Assembly (NCBI GenBank): GCA_965198065.1
Contig: CBDAON010000004.1
Span: 64,001 to 128,000 of the forward strand
DNA from: Longimicrobiales bacterium
GTDB taxonomy: Bacteria > Gemmatimonadota > Gemmatimonadetes > Longimicrobiales > Gaopeijiaceae
Direction of reading: 5' to 3'
Length of the DNA stretch: 64,000 nucleotides
The notes under the pieces are model-generated. The model was not told where the DNA came from. It did no database searches and worked only from the letters and a program-made list of their open reading frames with translations. Every line of letters begins with the position of its first letter. Within the stretch, counting starts at the first letter, position 1. A program made the position numbers and the translations under genes. Shown here piece after piece: positions 49,962 to 58,818 of the stretch.

Positions 49962-50466
49962 CCGGGGCAGGACGGCCATCCCGGTCGCGGTAGCCGTCCT
50001 GCTCGCGGGCTGTAACTACACCTTCCAGGCGGGCGCCGGTCTGCCTCCGCACGTCGAGACCCTGGCGATCATCCCGTTCGAGAACGAGACCAGTCGGTTC
50101 GAGATCTCCCAGGAGCTCCACGACACCCTTTTGGACCAGCTGCCTAGCGTCTTCGGAGTCCGCACGGGAGGCGAAGAGTTCGCCCAGGCGGTTGTACGGG
50201 GCACGGTCACGCGCTACTCGGTCGAGACTCCCATCTATCGGCCTAACGCGGCCGGGGACCAGGCCAGGGTGCTGGAGCGGCAGGTCATGCTGACCGTGAA
50301 CGTGGAGGTCGTGGATCTCGTGAACAACGTGATCCTCTGGGAGAACCCAGGCCTCCAGGCTCGTGGGGAGTTTCTGGAGGAGGGACAGCTCGAGGAAGAA
50401 GGGCGCCGACTGGCGATCAGGCGACTGGCCCAGGCCATCGTCGACGGCCTCCAGTCCAACTGGTGA
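49918..50466 (+). CDS. LPS assembly lipoprotein LptE-like
   Basis: LLAGC lipobox, GLPPHVETLAIIPFENET, terminal SNW; GTG start after GGAG. Confidence 0.7.
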   Translation: MSRLSLRRSGTRRPDRGRTAIPVAVAVLLAGCNYTFQAGAGLPPHVETLAIIPFENETSRFEISQELHDTLLDQLPSVFGVRTGGEEFAQAVVRGTVTRYSVETPIYRPNAAGDQARVLERQVMLTVNVEVVDLVNNVILWENPGLQARGEFLEEGQLEEEGRRLAIRRLAQAIVDGLQSNW

Positions 50467-51416
50467 TGCCGCGGGCTGCCCTCCGTCTCGGCACCCGCGG
50501 CTCCCCCCTTGCGCTCACCCAGAGCCGGTGGGTCGCCGAGCGGGTCGGCCGGGAGGGCGGCCCCGTCGTCGAACTTCGACGGATCCGCACGAGCGGCGAC
50601 GCGATGCGCGACCGCCCCCTGGCCGACCACGGTGGGAAGGGCCTCTTCACCAGGGAGCTAGACGACGCTCTCCTGGCCGAGGATGTGGATCTGGCTGTCC
50701 ACTCCCTGAAGGACCTTCCGGCCGATCTGCCCGACGGTCTGGCGATCGTGGCGATTCCGGAACGGGAGGATCCGCGTGACGTGCTCGTGGGCGCACAGGG
50801 GCGAGACATGGCCCTCCAGACCCTCCCGGCCGGCACACGGGTCGGGACCGGGTCGCTCCGGAGGGTCGCGCTGCTTCGCGCGCTCCGCCCCGACGTCGAG
50901 GTCGTGCCCCTCCGGGGCAACGTGGACACGCGGATCCGAAGGGTAGACGACGGCCAGCTGGACGCCGTCGTTCTCGCGGCGGCCGGGGTGAGGAGGCTGG
51001 GCTGGACCGGGCGCATCGCCGAGTATCTTGAGCCCGGGAGCTGGGTGCCGGCCCCCGGACAGGGAGCGCTCGCCGTCGTGGCCCGCTTCGATGACCCGCA
51101 CGTCCGGCGTTGGTTGGAGGATCTGGATCATGTCCCGAGCCGGGCCCAGGCGGAAGCCGAGCGCGCCCTTCTTCGGGCCCTTGGGGTGGACTGTCGCCTC
51201 CCCGTGGCCGCGCTCGGGCTCTCCTTCGGGAGCGGCCTTCGGCTGAGAGCCCTGGTTGCCTCGCCCGATGGGCGTCGGCTCGTTCGGGCCGAGGGCACCG
51301 GATCGGGAGGGGATCCCCACGGGCTTGGGAGGCGGGTGGCGGACCTCCTCCTCGAGCGGGGAGCGGACGTGGTCCTGGAGGGACTGAGGGTCACGGGTCG
51401 AGGCGATGGCGGGTGA
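50466..51416 (+). CDS. hemC: Hydroxymethylbilane synthase (porphobilinogen deaminase)
   Basis: GTRGSPLALTQ, GKGLFTRELD, AVHSLKD, GTGSLRR, RGNVDTR, APGQGAL. Confidence 0.95.
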   Translation: MPRAALRLGTRGSPLALTQSRWVAERVGREGGPVVELRRIRTSGDAMRDRPLADHGGKGLFTRELDDALLAEDVDLAVHSLKDLPADLPDGLAIVAIPEREDPRDVLVGAQGRDMALQTLPAGTRVGTGSLRRVALLRALRPDVEVVPLRGNVDTRIRRVDDGQLDAVVLAAAGVRRLGWTGRIAEYLEPGSWVPAPGQGALAVVARFDDPHVRRWLEDLDHVPSRAQAEAERALLRALGVDCRLPVAALGLSFGSGLRLRALVASPDGRRLVRAEGTGSGGDPHGLGRRVADLLLERGADVVLEGLRVTGRGDGG

Positions 51417-51434
51417 CTCGCGGAAGTGGGGTTG

Positions 51435-52154
51435 ATGAGGGAGGGACGCGGGGACCGGGAGCTTCGAACCGTCCGGCTCGAGGTCGGAGCCGCGCCCTAT
51501 GCCGAAGGATCGTGCCTCGTCTCCTTCGGGCACACGAGGGTTCTCTGCGCCGCTACGGTGGAGGAGAGCTTGCCTCCATGGAGGGCCCAGGGAACGGCCG
51601 GTTGGGTGACGGCCGAGTACGCCATGCTCCCTCGAGCCACGCACTCCCGCGCTCCCCGCGAGAGGGACGGCGCGCGCGGGCGGAGCCAGGAGATCCAGCG
51701 ACTCATCGGACGAGCGCTCAGGGCAACCGTGGACCTCGCGGCCCTCGGCCCCCGGACCATCATCGTGGATTGCGACGTGCTGCAGGCGGACGGGGGAACT
51801 CGGACGGCGGCTGTGACGGGCGGAGGCGTGGCGCTCTCCCTCGCGTTCCGGGGCCTGGTGGACGGGGGGCTGGTTAAGCATCATCCGATGCGCGCGCTCG
51901 TCGCCGCGGTGAGCGTCGGCATAGCGGCCGGGCGCCCTCTCCTTGACCTCGAGTACTCCGAGGATCGGCAGGCCCAAGTGGACATGAACGTGGTCGCGCT
52001 CGAGGACGGCCGCCTGGTCGAGGTGCAGGGTACCGCCGAGAGCGAAGCGTTCCCCAGGAGTGTGCTGGACGAACTCATGGACCTCGCGGAACAGGGGATC
52101 CGCGAGCTCCACGGCCTTCAGCGACGGGTCCTCGAGCGGGCGGCTCCGGAGTGA
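51435..52154 (+). CDS. rph: Ribonuclease PH
   Basis: AEGSCL, GWVTAEYAMLPRATH, EIQRLIGRALR, DCDVLQADGGTRTA, EVQGTAE. Confidence 0.96.
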   Translation: MREGRGDRELRTVRLEVGAAPYAEGSCLVSFGHTRVLCAATVEESLPPWRAQGTAGWVTAEYAMLPRATHSRAPRERDGARGRSQEIQRLIGRALRATVDLAALGPRTIIVDCDVLQADGGTRTAAVTGGGVALSLAFRGLVDGGLVKHHPMRALVAAVSVGIAAGRPLLDLEYSEDRQAQVDMNVVALEDGRLVEVQGTAESEAFPRSVLDELMDLAEQGIRELHGLQRRVLERAAPE

Positions 52155-52191
52155 TGAAGCACCCCGCCGGCACGCTGGTCGAGGGCTTCCG

Positions 52192-52833
52192 GTGACGCCC
52201 GAGCGGAAGGCGTTCCTGGTCGCGACCCGCTCTCGGGGGAAGCTCCGCGAAATCCTGAAGATCCTCGATGGGCTGAACGGTATCCGACTCCGGAGCCTGG
52301 AGGAGCTTGGTGTGCCGCCATCCCACGAGGAGGAACGCGTCGAGGTCTTCGACACGTTTGGCGAGAACGCCGTGGCCAAGGCTCGGTACTTCCGTCGCCT
52401 CACCGGAATGCCGACCATCGCCGACGACTCCGGGCTCTCCGTGGACGCGCTCGGGGGTGCGCCCGGTGTCCATTCACGTCGGTTCGCGCCCGGGACGGGC
52501 GGGCTCTCCAAGAGCGAGCAGGACGAGGCTAACAATCGGCATCTGCTGACACGGCTGGAGGGTGTCCTTCCGGAAACTCGGACGGCGCGATACGTGTGTG
52601 TGGCGGCCATGGACCTCGGAATCGGCAAGCCCCTCACGTTTCGGGGGGAAGCGGCCGGCGCGATCCTCGAGGCCCCAAAAGGAAGCGGGGGGTTCGGTTA
52701 CGATCCTCTCTTCCTGGATCCCACGGATGGTCGAACCTTCGCCGAGCTCTCGGCTGCCGAGAAGGACTCGCGGAGCCACCGTGGGGCCGCCTTTGGCGCC
52801 CTGAAGGCCCACCTGCTAGGGGACGCCTCGTGA
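52192..52833 (+). CDS. rdgB: Non-canonical purine NTP pyrophosphatase (RdgB/HAM1)
   Basis: GKLRE, ENAVAKA, ADDSGL, PGVHSRRF, GFGYDPLF, SHRG. Confidence 0.94.
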   Translation: MTPERKAFLVATRSRGKLREILKILDGLNGIRLRSLEELGVPPSHEEERVEVFDTFGENAVAKARYFRRLTGMPTIADDSGLSVDALGGAPGVHSRRFAPGTGGLSKSEQDEANNRHLLTRLEGVLPETRTARYVCVAAMDLGIGKPLTFRGEAAGAILEAPKGSGGFGYDPLFLDPTDGRTFAELSAAEKDSRSHRGAAFGALKAHLLGDAS

Positions 52834-53153
52834 GCTCCGACCCGGAGACCCCCCAGGAGATCGGACCGAACGGGGACGCGACCGAGCTCCGGATCCGCTG
52901 GAAGGACGACCACGTATCCGAGTATCGACCCCGAGACCTCCGGATGGCGTGTCCGTGCGCCGGTTGCGTGGACGAGATGACAGGGCGTCGGACACTTACC
53001 GAGGCAGCCATTTCAGAGGACGTGTATCCCTTGACGATTCAACACGTTGGCCGCTATGCCCTCCAGTTCGACTGGAGCGACGGACACACCACGGGCATCT
53101 ACCCGTTCAGCTATCTACGGGGCCTCTGCCGGTGCCTTGAGTGCACCGGCTGA
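52830..53153 (+). CDS. DUF971 / gamma-butyrobetaine hydroxylase N-terminal-like protein
   Basis: LRMACPCAGC, VGRYALQFDWSDGHTTGIY; GTGA overlap. Confidence 0.88.
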   Translation: MSSDPETPQEIGPNGDATELRIRWKDDHVSEYRPRDLRMACPCAGCVDEMTGRRTLTEAAISEDVYPLTIQHVGRYALQFDWSDGHTTGIYPFSYLRGLCRCLECTG

Positions 53154-53455
53154 CGAGGCGAACAGAGGGTCCGGGAGACGACCCGACCTGGCAGCCCGGT
53201 TCGCTGGGAGCTTACCTGGGGATTCTCGAAATCAACCGGATCTAGAGGGACTGAGCCACGATTCATCATCGATCGGCTTCGGACGCCGGGGACCCCCTCT
53301 GGCGTGGGGCGCCGGCCATCGGCACGCACGTGAACGATGGGGAGGCGGGGGTTGGGGATCAGCCGGGCCGTTCACGATGAGGCTGCGCCGGTTCGGTGAA
53401 TCGCCCTGATCGAAGACGACCCGCGGCGCTCGGGCCCAGAGAGCCCAGCGCGCGA

Positions 53456-53749
53456 TCAGGGCATCCGGTTCACGATCCCAGTGAACTCGTCCAGGTCCCA
53501 GGCCCGCATCGTCGTGCTCCGGACGTTGCCTTGGACCGCGGTGCCCAACGCGAAAGCCATGGCTACCTCTTCATCGTCGGCCTCGGAAACAACGACGACG
53601 TCGTACGGGCCCTGCGTATAGTAGACGCCCAGGACCTTCAGGCCCGCCTTCTCGGCCTCAGCGATCGCGGTCCTCGCTCGCTGCGGTGACTCCGCTACGT
53701 TGCGAATTCCCTGATCGGTAAACTGGTAGAGCGTTACGTACTTGGCCAT
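53456..53749 (-). CDS. GYD domain protein
   Basis: YVTL..FTDQG..SPQR..YYTQGPYDVV..GNVRSTTMRA; RBS GGAGG. Confidence 0.85.
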   Translation of the reverse strand: MAKYVTLYQFTDQGIRNVAESPQRARTAIAEAEKAGLKVLGVYYTQGPYDVVVVSEADDEEVAMAFALGTAVQGNVRSTTMRAWDLDEFTGIVNRMP

Positions 53750-53977
53750 GGGTCCTCCAGCGTGGCGGGGCGGTCCTCAGAAGTGCCGCCCCAGTCCAGG
53801 CATTGTACTTCCTCGCAGCAGACGCTGCACCGTTTTGTCGAGCGGAGGTCGCGGCCGGACTCCTCGTAGATGAGGGCCCATGTGAGGGAAGGCTCGCCAG
53901 CGGCGCCGGAGGGCAGTGCTGCTGGACGAATGGCTATGTGACGGTCACCGTTACCCCCTAGGGGGGTCCGCCTCTCC

Positions 53978-54007
53978 TTGCGGGGCGGGCCCTCCCTAGC
54001 GCATAAT
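53978..54007 (+). promoter_or_regulatory. Putative sigma70 promoter
   Basis: TTGCGG-N18-CATAAT upstream of the 54045 ORF. Confidence 0.35.
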
Positions 54008-54044
54008 ATCTGATGTTGGCAGGTCTGTTCACCGTTCGCCCAAA

Positions 54045-55412
54045 GTGAGGAGTCTCGGCTCGAAAACGCGTTTGCACTGGTGGACGGGAGCGCTCGCGCT
54101 CGCGGCGGCGGTCATGCTCGGAGGGAACCTCTCCGCGCAGATGACCGACGGGCAGGTCACGTTTGCGGAGGACGTCGCCTCCATCATCCAGGAGAACTGT
54201 CAGATCTGCCACCAGCCGGGTGGGATTGGGCCGATGGCGCTCAGGAGCTATGAGGAGATCCGTCCGTGGGCTCCGATGATCCGCGAGAGGGTCGCCCGCC
54301 ACGAGATGCCTCCCTACGCGTATGACAGGGACGTAGGCATCCAGGATCTGCAGCAGGACTGGCGGCTTTCCGAGGAAGATATCGCGACGATCGTGGCCTG
54401 GGTCGATCAGGGCGCGGCGCTGGGCGATCCGGCGAACCTGCCTCCGCCGATCCAGCTTGCGAGCGCGGATGAGTGGAGGATGGCCGCCGAGTTCGGACCT
54501 CCGGACCTCGTGATCGGCACGCCGGGGATTATCGAGGTGCCGGCGGCCGGGAACGACATGTGGTATTCGCCGATGATGCCGACGAACCTCGCGGAGGAGC
54601 GCTGCATCAAGGCGCTGCAGGTGAAGCCCGGGGTCGGCAACGCGAAGTCGGTCGTCCACCACGCGAACTCGAGCTTCCAGCTCCTGCAGGAGGACGGCAC
54701 GTACGAGCGGTTTGGTATGTCTACCGAGTACGCGATGGGCAAGTTCGGTGAGATCCTGCCCGAGGGCGTGTGCCGGACGATTCCCGCGGAGGCGTGGGTC
54801 TCCTGGTCCATCCACCTCTTCCCCGGTGGGGTCGGAGGAGGCGCGACGGGTGAGGCGATCGAGGGCAACGTCGTCGAGCTCGGCATCTGGCTGCACCCCG
54901 AGGATTACGAGTGGGAGTACGAGCAGACTCTGTCCGGCTACGGGGACAACGGACCTTCAGGGGAGCTCGTCATGCCTCCGCACGGCACGGCCATGACGAT
55001 CGGGTATCACTCGTTCGACCACCCGGTGCGGATCGACCAGTACCAGCCCCACGGGCACCTGAGGCTGCTCCACGCGTCGCTCGAGGTCTTCTATCCGGAG
55101 ACCGGGGAGACCGAAGTGATCAGCATGATCACGAACTGGAGCGCCACGTGGCATCACAGCCACATTTATGGCGAGGACTCGGCCCCGCTCATTCCGGCGG
55201 GCTCGGTTCTGATCGTCAAGCAGTGGTACGACAACACGGTCAATCACCCGAACAACCCCGACCCGGATCAGTGGGTCGCCGGGGGTAGCCGCACGGCCGA
55301 CGAGATGTCGCACGCGTGGATCGGGATCACGCACCTGGACGAGGAGGGCTACGAGAGACTTCTCGCCGAGCGTGAGGGACGCCAGGACACGGTCGCGCAG
55401 GCCGGGAACTGA
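54045..55412 (+). CDS. Secreted cytochrome c / copper type II ascorbate-dependent monooxygenase-like protein
   Basis: Signal peptide; CQICH heme motif plus MPP; VVHH, SIH, PHGHLR, DEM copper-ligand pattern. Confidence 0.78.
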   Translation: MRSLGSKTRLHWWTGALALAAAVMLGGNLSAQMTDGQVTFAEDVASIIQENCQICHQPGGIGPMALRSYEEIRPWAPMIRERVARHEMPPYAYDRDVGIQDLQQDWRLSEEDIATIVAWVDQGAALGDPANLPPPIQLASADEWRMAAEFGPPDLVIGTPGIIEVPAAGNDMWYSPMMPTNLAEERCIKALQVKPGVGNAKSVVHHANSSFQLLQEDGTYERFGMSTEYAMGKFGEILPEGVCRTIPAEAWVSWSIHLFPGGVGGGATGEAIEGNVVELGIWLHPEDYEWEYEQTLSGYGDNGPSGELVMPPHGTAMTIGYHSFDHPVRIDQYQPHGHLRLLHASLEVFYPETGETEVISMITNWSATWHHSHIYGEDSAPLIPAGSVLIVKQWYDNTVNHPNNPDPDQWVAGGSRTADEMSHAWIGITHLDEEGYERLLAEREGRQDTVAQAGN

Positions 55413-55599
55413 TCGACCGGAGGTCGTAGCGTAGTTGCTGGTAGTTGATAGAAGTCGGGAGTTGCACGATGGGGACCGGAGGAATCGCCTGAGCTGACTC
55501 GGGTGTCCGTCGGTCCCCATCGTTCTTTTTCAGGTGCGCACAGTAGGAGTACGCGCCCGATGAGGCCGACAGAGGAACACACTGACTAACAAGGAATGA

Positions 55600-55673
55600 C
55601 GGGGCGTGGCGCAGTCCGGTAGCGCGCCTGCTTTGGGAGCAGGAGGTCCCCGGTTCGAATCCGGGCGCCCCGA
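55600..55673 (+). tRNA. tRNA-Pro(TGG)
   Basis: CGGGGCG acceptor / CGCCCCG-A; anticodon stem CCTGC-TTTGGGA-GCAGG; T-loop GGTTCGAATCC. Confidence 0.97.
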
Positions 55674-55675
55674 TT

Positions 55676-55726
55676 GAACTTACGGGAACTTACGGACCGA
55701 TGTCCGCGAATTGATGTCCGCGAATT
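55676..55726. repeat. Two short tandem duplications just after the tRNA
   Basis: GAACTTACGG x2 (55676-55695) and GATGTCCGCGAATT x2 (55699-55726). Confidence 0.85.
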
Positions 55727-56125
55727 GCCCTCAGGAGCGAGCCCTCCGGCGGTGCTCCAGAGCGTTCCTGAGCTGCCCCTCGCGCTGGTAGCGCACTCCA
55801 CGAGTAGTGTGAATCACGGCAGGATATCGTCTAAAGTAAACCAGGACTGCACGATTTGCGTTTCTCGCCGTTCGACCATGCCTGAGTCCACCGCACTAGA
55901 ATGGCGGGGAAATCGCATCAAATCGCGGGAACCCCGGTCGGCTCGAACTGCTAACGGTACCTGCCGGAATAGACGGCCGGCGGCGACCGGAGAGGCCGCC
56001 AAGCCAAGATCGGTTGGCGATCTCTTCGCTCGGTAGCTCCGGCCGTTCCACAATGAGCGATTCCCAAACGCCCCACCGGAATCCGGCGGACCGAATGGGA
56101 TCGCTGCGGACGAGCGTCGAGCGAG

Positions 56126-57397
56126 TGACCTGCCCCGAAGAGCGGTACCACAACCTATGTTAGTCCCAGCACCTGTGGAGGGCGGTGAAGGACGGGCATC
56201 CTCAGGAACCAGGGCGACGGCTTAATCGCCTCAGGGGCCGGGGGAAAGCCGCCGCAGGCGCTGTGGGGTCGGACGGTATCGTACTCGCGCCTCCATTGCT
56301 CGACCAGCACGGCCGCCTCCGCCAACGAGCAGAAGATCTCCCCGTTCAACAGCTCGTCCCTGAGCTTGCCGTTGAAGCTCTCGTTGTAGCCGTTCTCCCA
56401 CGGGCTGCCCGGCTCGATAAAGAGCGTCTCGACGCCCACGCGCCCCAACCACCGCCGCACGGGCTTCGCGGTGAACTCCGGTCCGTTGTCCGACCTCAGA
56501 TACTCGGGAGGGCCCGTGTCGGACGAACAGATCGTCCAGCACCTCGAGCACGTCGTGCGAGCGGATCTTGCGAGCCACCACGATCGCCAGGCACTCCCTC
56601 GTGTGCTCGTCCAGCACTGTCAGCAGCTTCAGCGCACGCCCGTCGTGCGTCCTCGAGGCCACGAAGTCGTACGACCAGACGTGGCCCCGATACAGCGGCC
56701 TCAGCCGGATGCACGATCCGTCGTTGAGCCACAGCCGACCTCGCTTCGGCTGCCGCTCCGGGACCTTCAGCCCCTCCTGCCTCCAGATCCGCTCCACCCG
56801 CTTGTGCTTCACCCCCCAGCCCTCGATGCGGAGCGTGTCCGTGACGCGTCGCTAGCCGTAGCGGCCGAATCGACTCGCGAGTCGCACGATATCACCTCGG
56901 AGCGCCCCCTCGTCACTCGCCACTCTCCTCGCCCCGCGCTGGGTCGTGCGTGGCTGCCCGAGCACCCGGCACGCTCTCCTCTCCGACGCCCCGAGCTGCT
57001 GACGTACACGCACCACACAACGTCGTCGGCCCTCGGGGCTCAGAAGTTTCCCTTGGCCGCTTCCTCCACGATCAGCTTGTCCAGTGTCAAGTCCGCCACT
57101 GCTCGCTTCAGGCGCCCGTTCTCGCGCTCGAGCTCCTTCAGGCGCCGTGCCTGGCTCACCTTCATCCCGCCGTACTCCCGCCTCCACCGGTAGTACGTCT
57201 GCTCGGTGATGCCGAGCTCCCCCCTGATCAGCTTCACGGATTTGCCGCCGGCCAGACCGACCTCTGCCTCCCGCACTTGCAGTGATGATCTGCTCCGGAG
57301 TGTGTCGCTTCCTTCCCATCCTGACCTCCTCGCTGAAAAGCTTCGGACCAGGCCGATCCTAACATTGCACCTGGTCTCGTTTCAGCGGGTCAGGTCA
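56126..57397 (-). mobile_element. IS3 family (IS407-like) insertion sequence, inactivated
   Basis: IRs TGACCTGCCCCGAAGAGCGGTACCA / TGACCTGACCCGCTGAAACGAGACCA; OrfA (57319) EQTYYRWR..LERENGRLK; OrfB WSYDF..SDNGPEF..PWENGYNESFNG; GGGAAAC slip site 57046-57052; TAG at 56852 and frameshifts at about 57280 and 56510. Confidence 0.92.
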
Positions 57398-57414
57398 GAC
57401 CCTAGCGGGGCCTC

Positions 57415-57869
57415 TCACGAACCTATCTCTGTAAGACGAACGTCGTCGCCATCCTCTAATTGGAAACGACACCGCAAATTAACTGCGGCAAATAGCTCAA
57501 TGCGCCGTGGCACTGGCTTAACAGCAGCCCTCCGAACAAGAACTTTTTCGGTTTCGTGACCTACAGTTGCGGTAGCGGAATAGTACTTGTAACCCCCACG
57601 ATATTTGGGAATATGCTCGTATTTCCTCCGGATAGTCGATTTCATCAGGACGCTCGCAAATGAGCGCCTCCAGTTCCCGCAAGGCTTGCTACCGCATTAC
57701 CGTCGACACGGAGATTGAGACTTCCCGGTTCCAAGGAATCCCAATCCATCGCCTTCCGTATTTTCAGTTCACGCTGCGGGTTGAGTCGGTGGATCTCCGA
57801 TTCACCGGGTGGGCCGTCCCGGGAAGATGCGGATGAACTTCGCGACTCAACTTGTCCTACGATGACCAT
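57415..57869 (-). pseudogene. DUF120 / CTP-dependent riboflavin kinase-like protein, frameshifted
   Basis: IVGQVES, LEPGSLNL, IELFAAVNLR..FQLEDGDDV match the G.V.SG / PGTLN / IE..A...LR..L.DGD.V pattern; lower GC. Confidence 0.5.
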
Positions 57870-58119
57870 TGGTTAAGATTCCCGCAGGTTCCAATCATCG
57901 CCCACGTCCTTGCTTGAGGGGAACAATCTGATCCAGACTCTACGCCGGATCGACACCCGGACGTGCCCCTTTCGATCCATCACGGCCTGACGGAACAGAT
58001 ACCGCCGTTGTATCGAACGGCAGCATGATCCATGAGAGGACACCTTAACGTCGAGTTATATTTGTACTCCGAAGTTCAAATTGTAACGACGAGCAAATGT
58101 CGGTCTCGGCTATTGCGAG

Positions 58120-58403
58120 CCCTGGATCAGGATACCCAACTTGGGATCCCACATCCTCGCACTCGTCCGCCGCCGCCTGCCCCGCGACTTGACCCAACGC
58201 TACAACACCACCCCCGTCCTCATCGAAACCTTCGTCGAAACCCCGCGCTTCACCGGCCGCATCTACAGGGCCTCAGGTTGGATCCACGTAGGAACCACCC
58301 GGGGACGCGGGCGCTACGACACCCACAGGCAGTACGGCAAACCCAGGAAGGACGTCTGGCTCCGGCCCCTTGCCAAACACTGGAAACGCATCCGCAACCA
58401 GAA
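58120..58403 (+). pseudogene. DUF4338 (DruA-like) C-terminal fragment
   Basis: PWIRIPNLGSHILA..RY..PVLIETFVE..FTG..YRASGW..VG.T.GRGR.D; no N-terminus. Confidence 0.75.
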
Positions 58404-58818
58404 AATCCAACCCGCCCCGCCACGGCTCGACCGAACGCTTACGCCCCACGGGACGACCGAACGGTTTCGGCGAACGGAGCCCGGTCATGGGGATTCCCCT
58501 ACCAACGGAGCAAAGGGTGATCCCAGGGGTGATTGGGTAAATAGGCTAGAATTCGTAACATACTGTATAACATATAGTTAGCGCATTTATTACGGCAGAC
58601 TAGGCGGTGTGCCTCGCCAGCGAGACGAGAGAAGCAAAGGCCGCAACGCCAAGTTGACGGTCCATCGTGCTCAGATTGGCTCTCGACCGTCTTCTCGTAG
58701 AGCTATTCTCGACGAGAGCACTCCCCCGCGAAGGGTCGATCCCGTCCGCCCCGACAGGGGCTAGGCTGCAGCTGGGGGCGTAACCTGCAGTAGTCACGGT
58801 GACATGAGGAGACAAGCA

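Noticed and set aside
55676..55726. CRISPR array
   Set aside because: Repeats are 10-14 bp, directly tandem without spacers; no cas genes; no array seen elsewhere in the window
58120..58403. Druantia anti-phage system
   Set aside because: Only a C-terminal DUF4338 fragment; no DruE helicase or partner genes; this domain commonly travels with transposons
58561..58580. LexA/SOS box-like TACTGTATAACATATAGTTA
   Set aside because: Right half does not fit CTGT-N8-ACAG, and the host LexA motif is unknown
58605..58800. Possible copper-responsive uORF (CruR/DUF2946-like) upstream of the OprC-like receptor
   Set aside because: No frame has CxxC plus a terminal RAPP-type motif; only weak PPR matches
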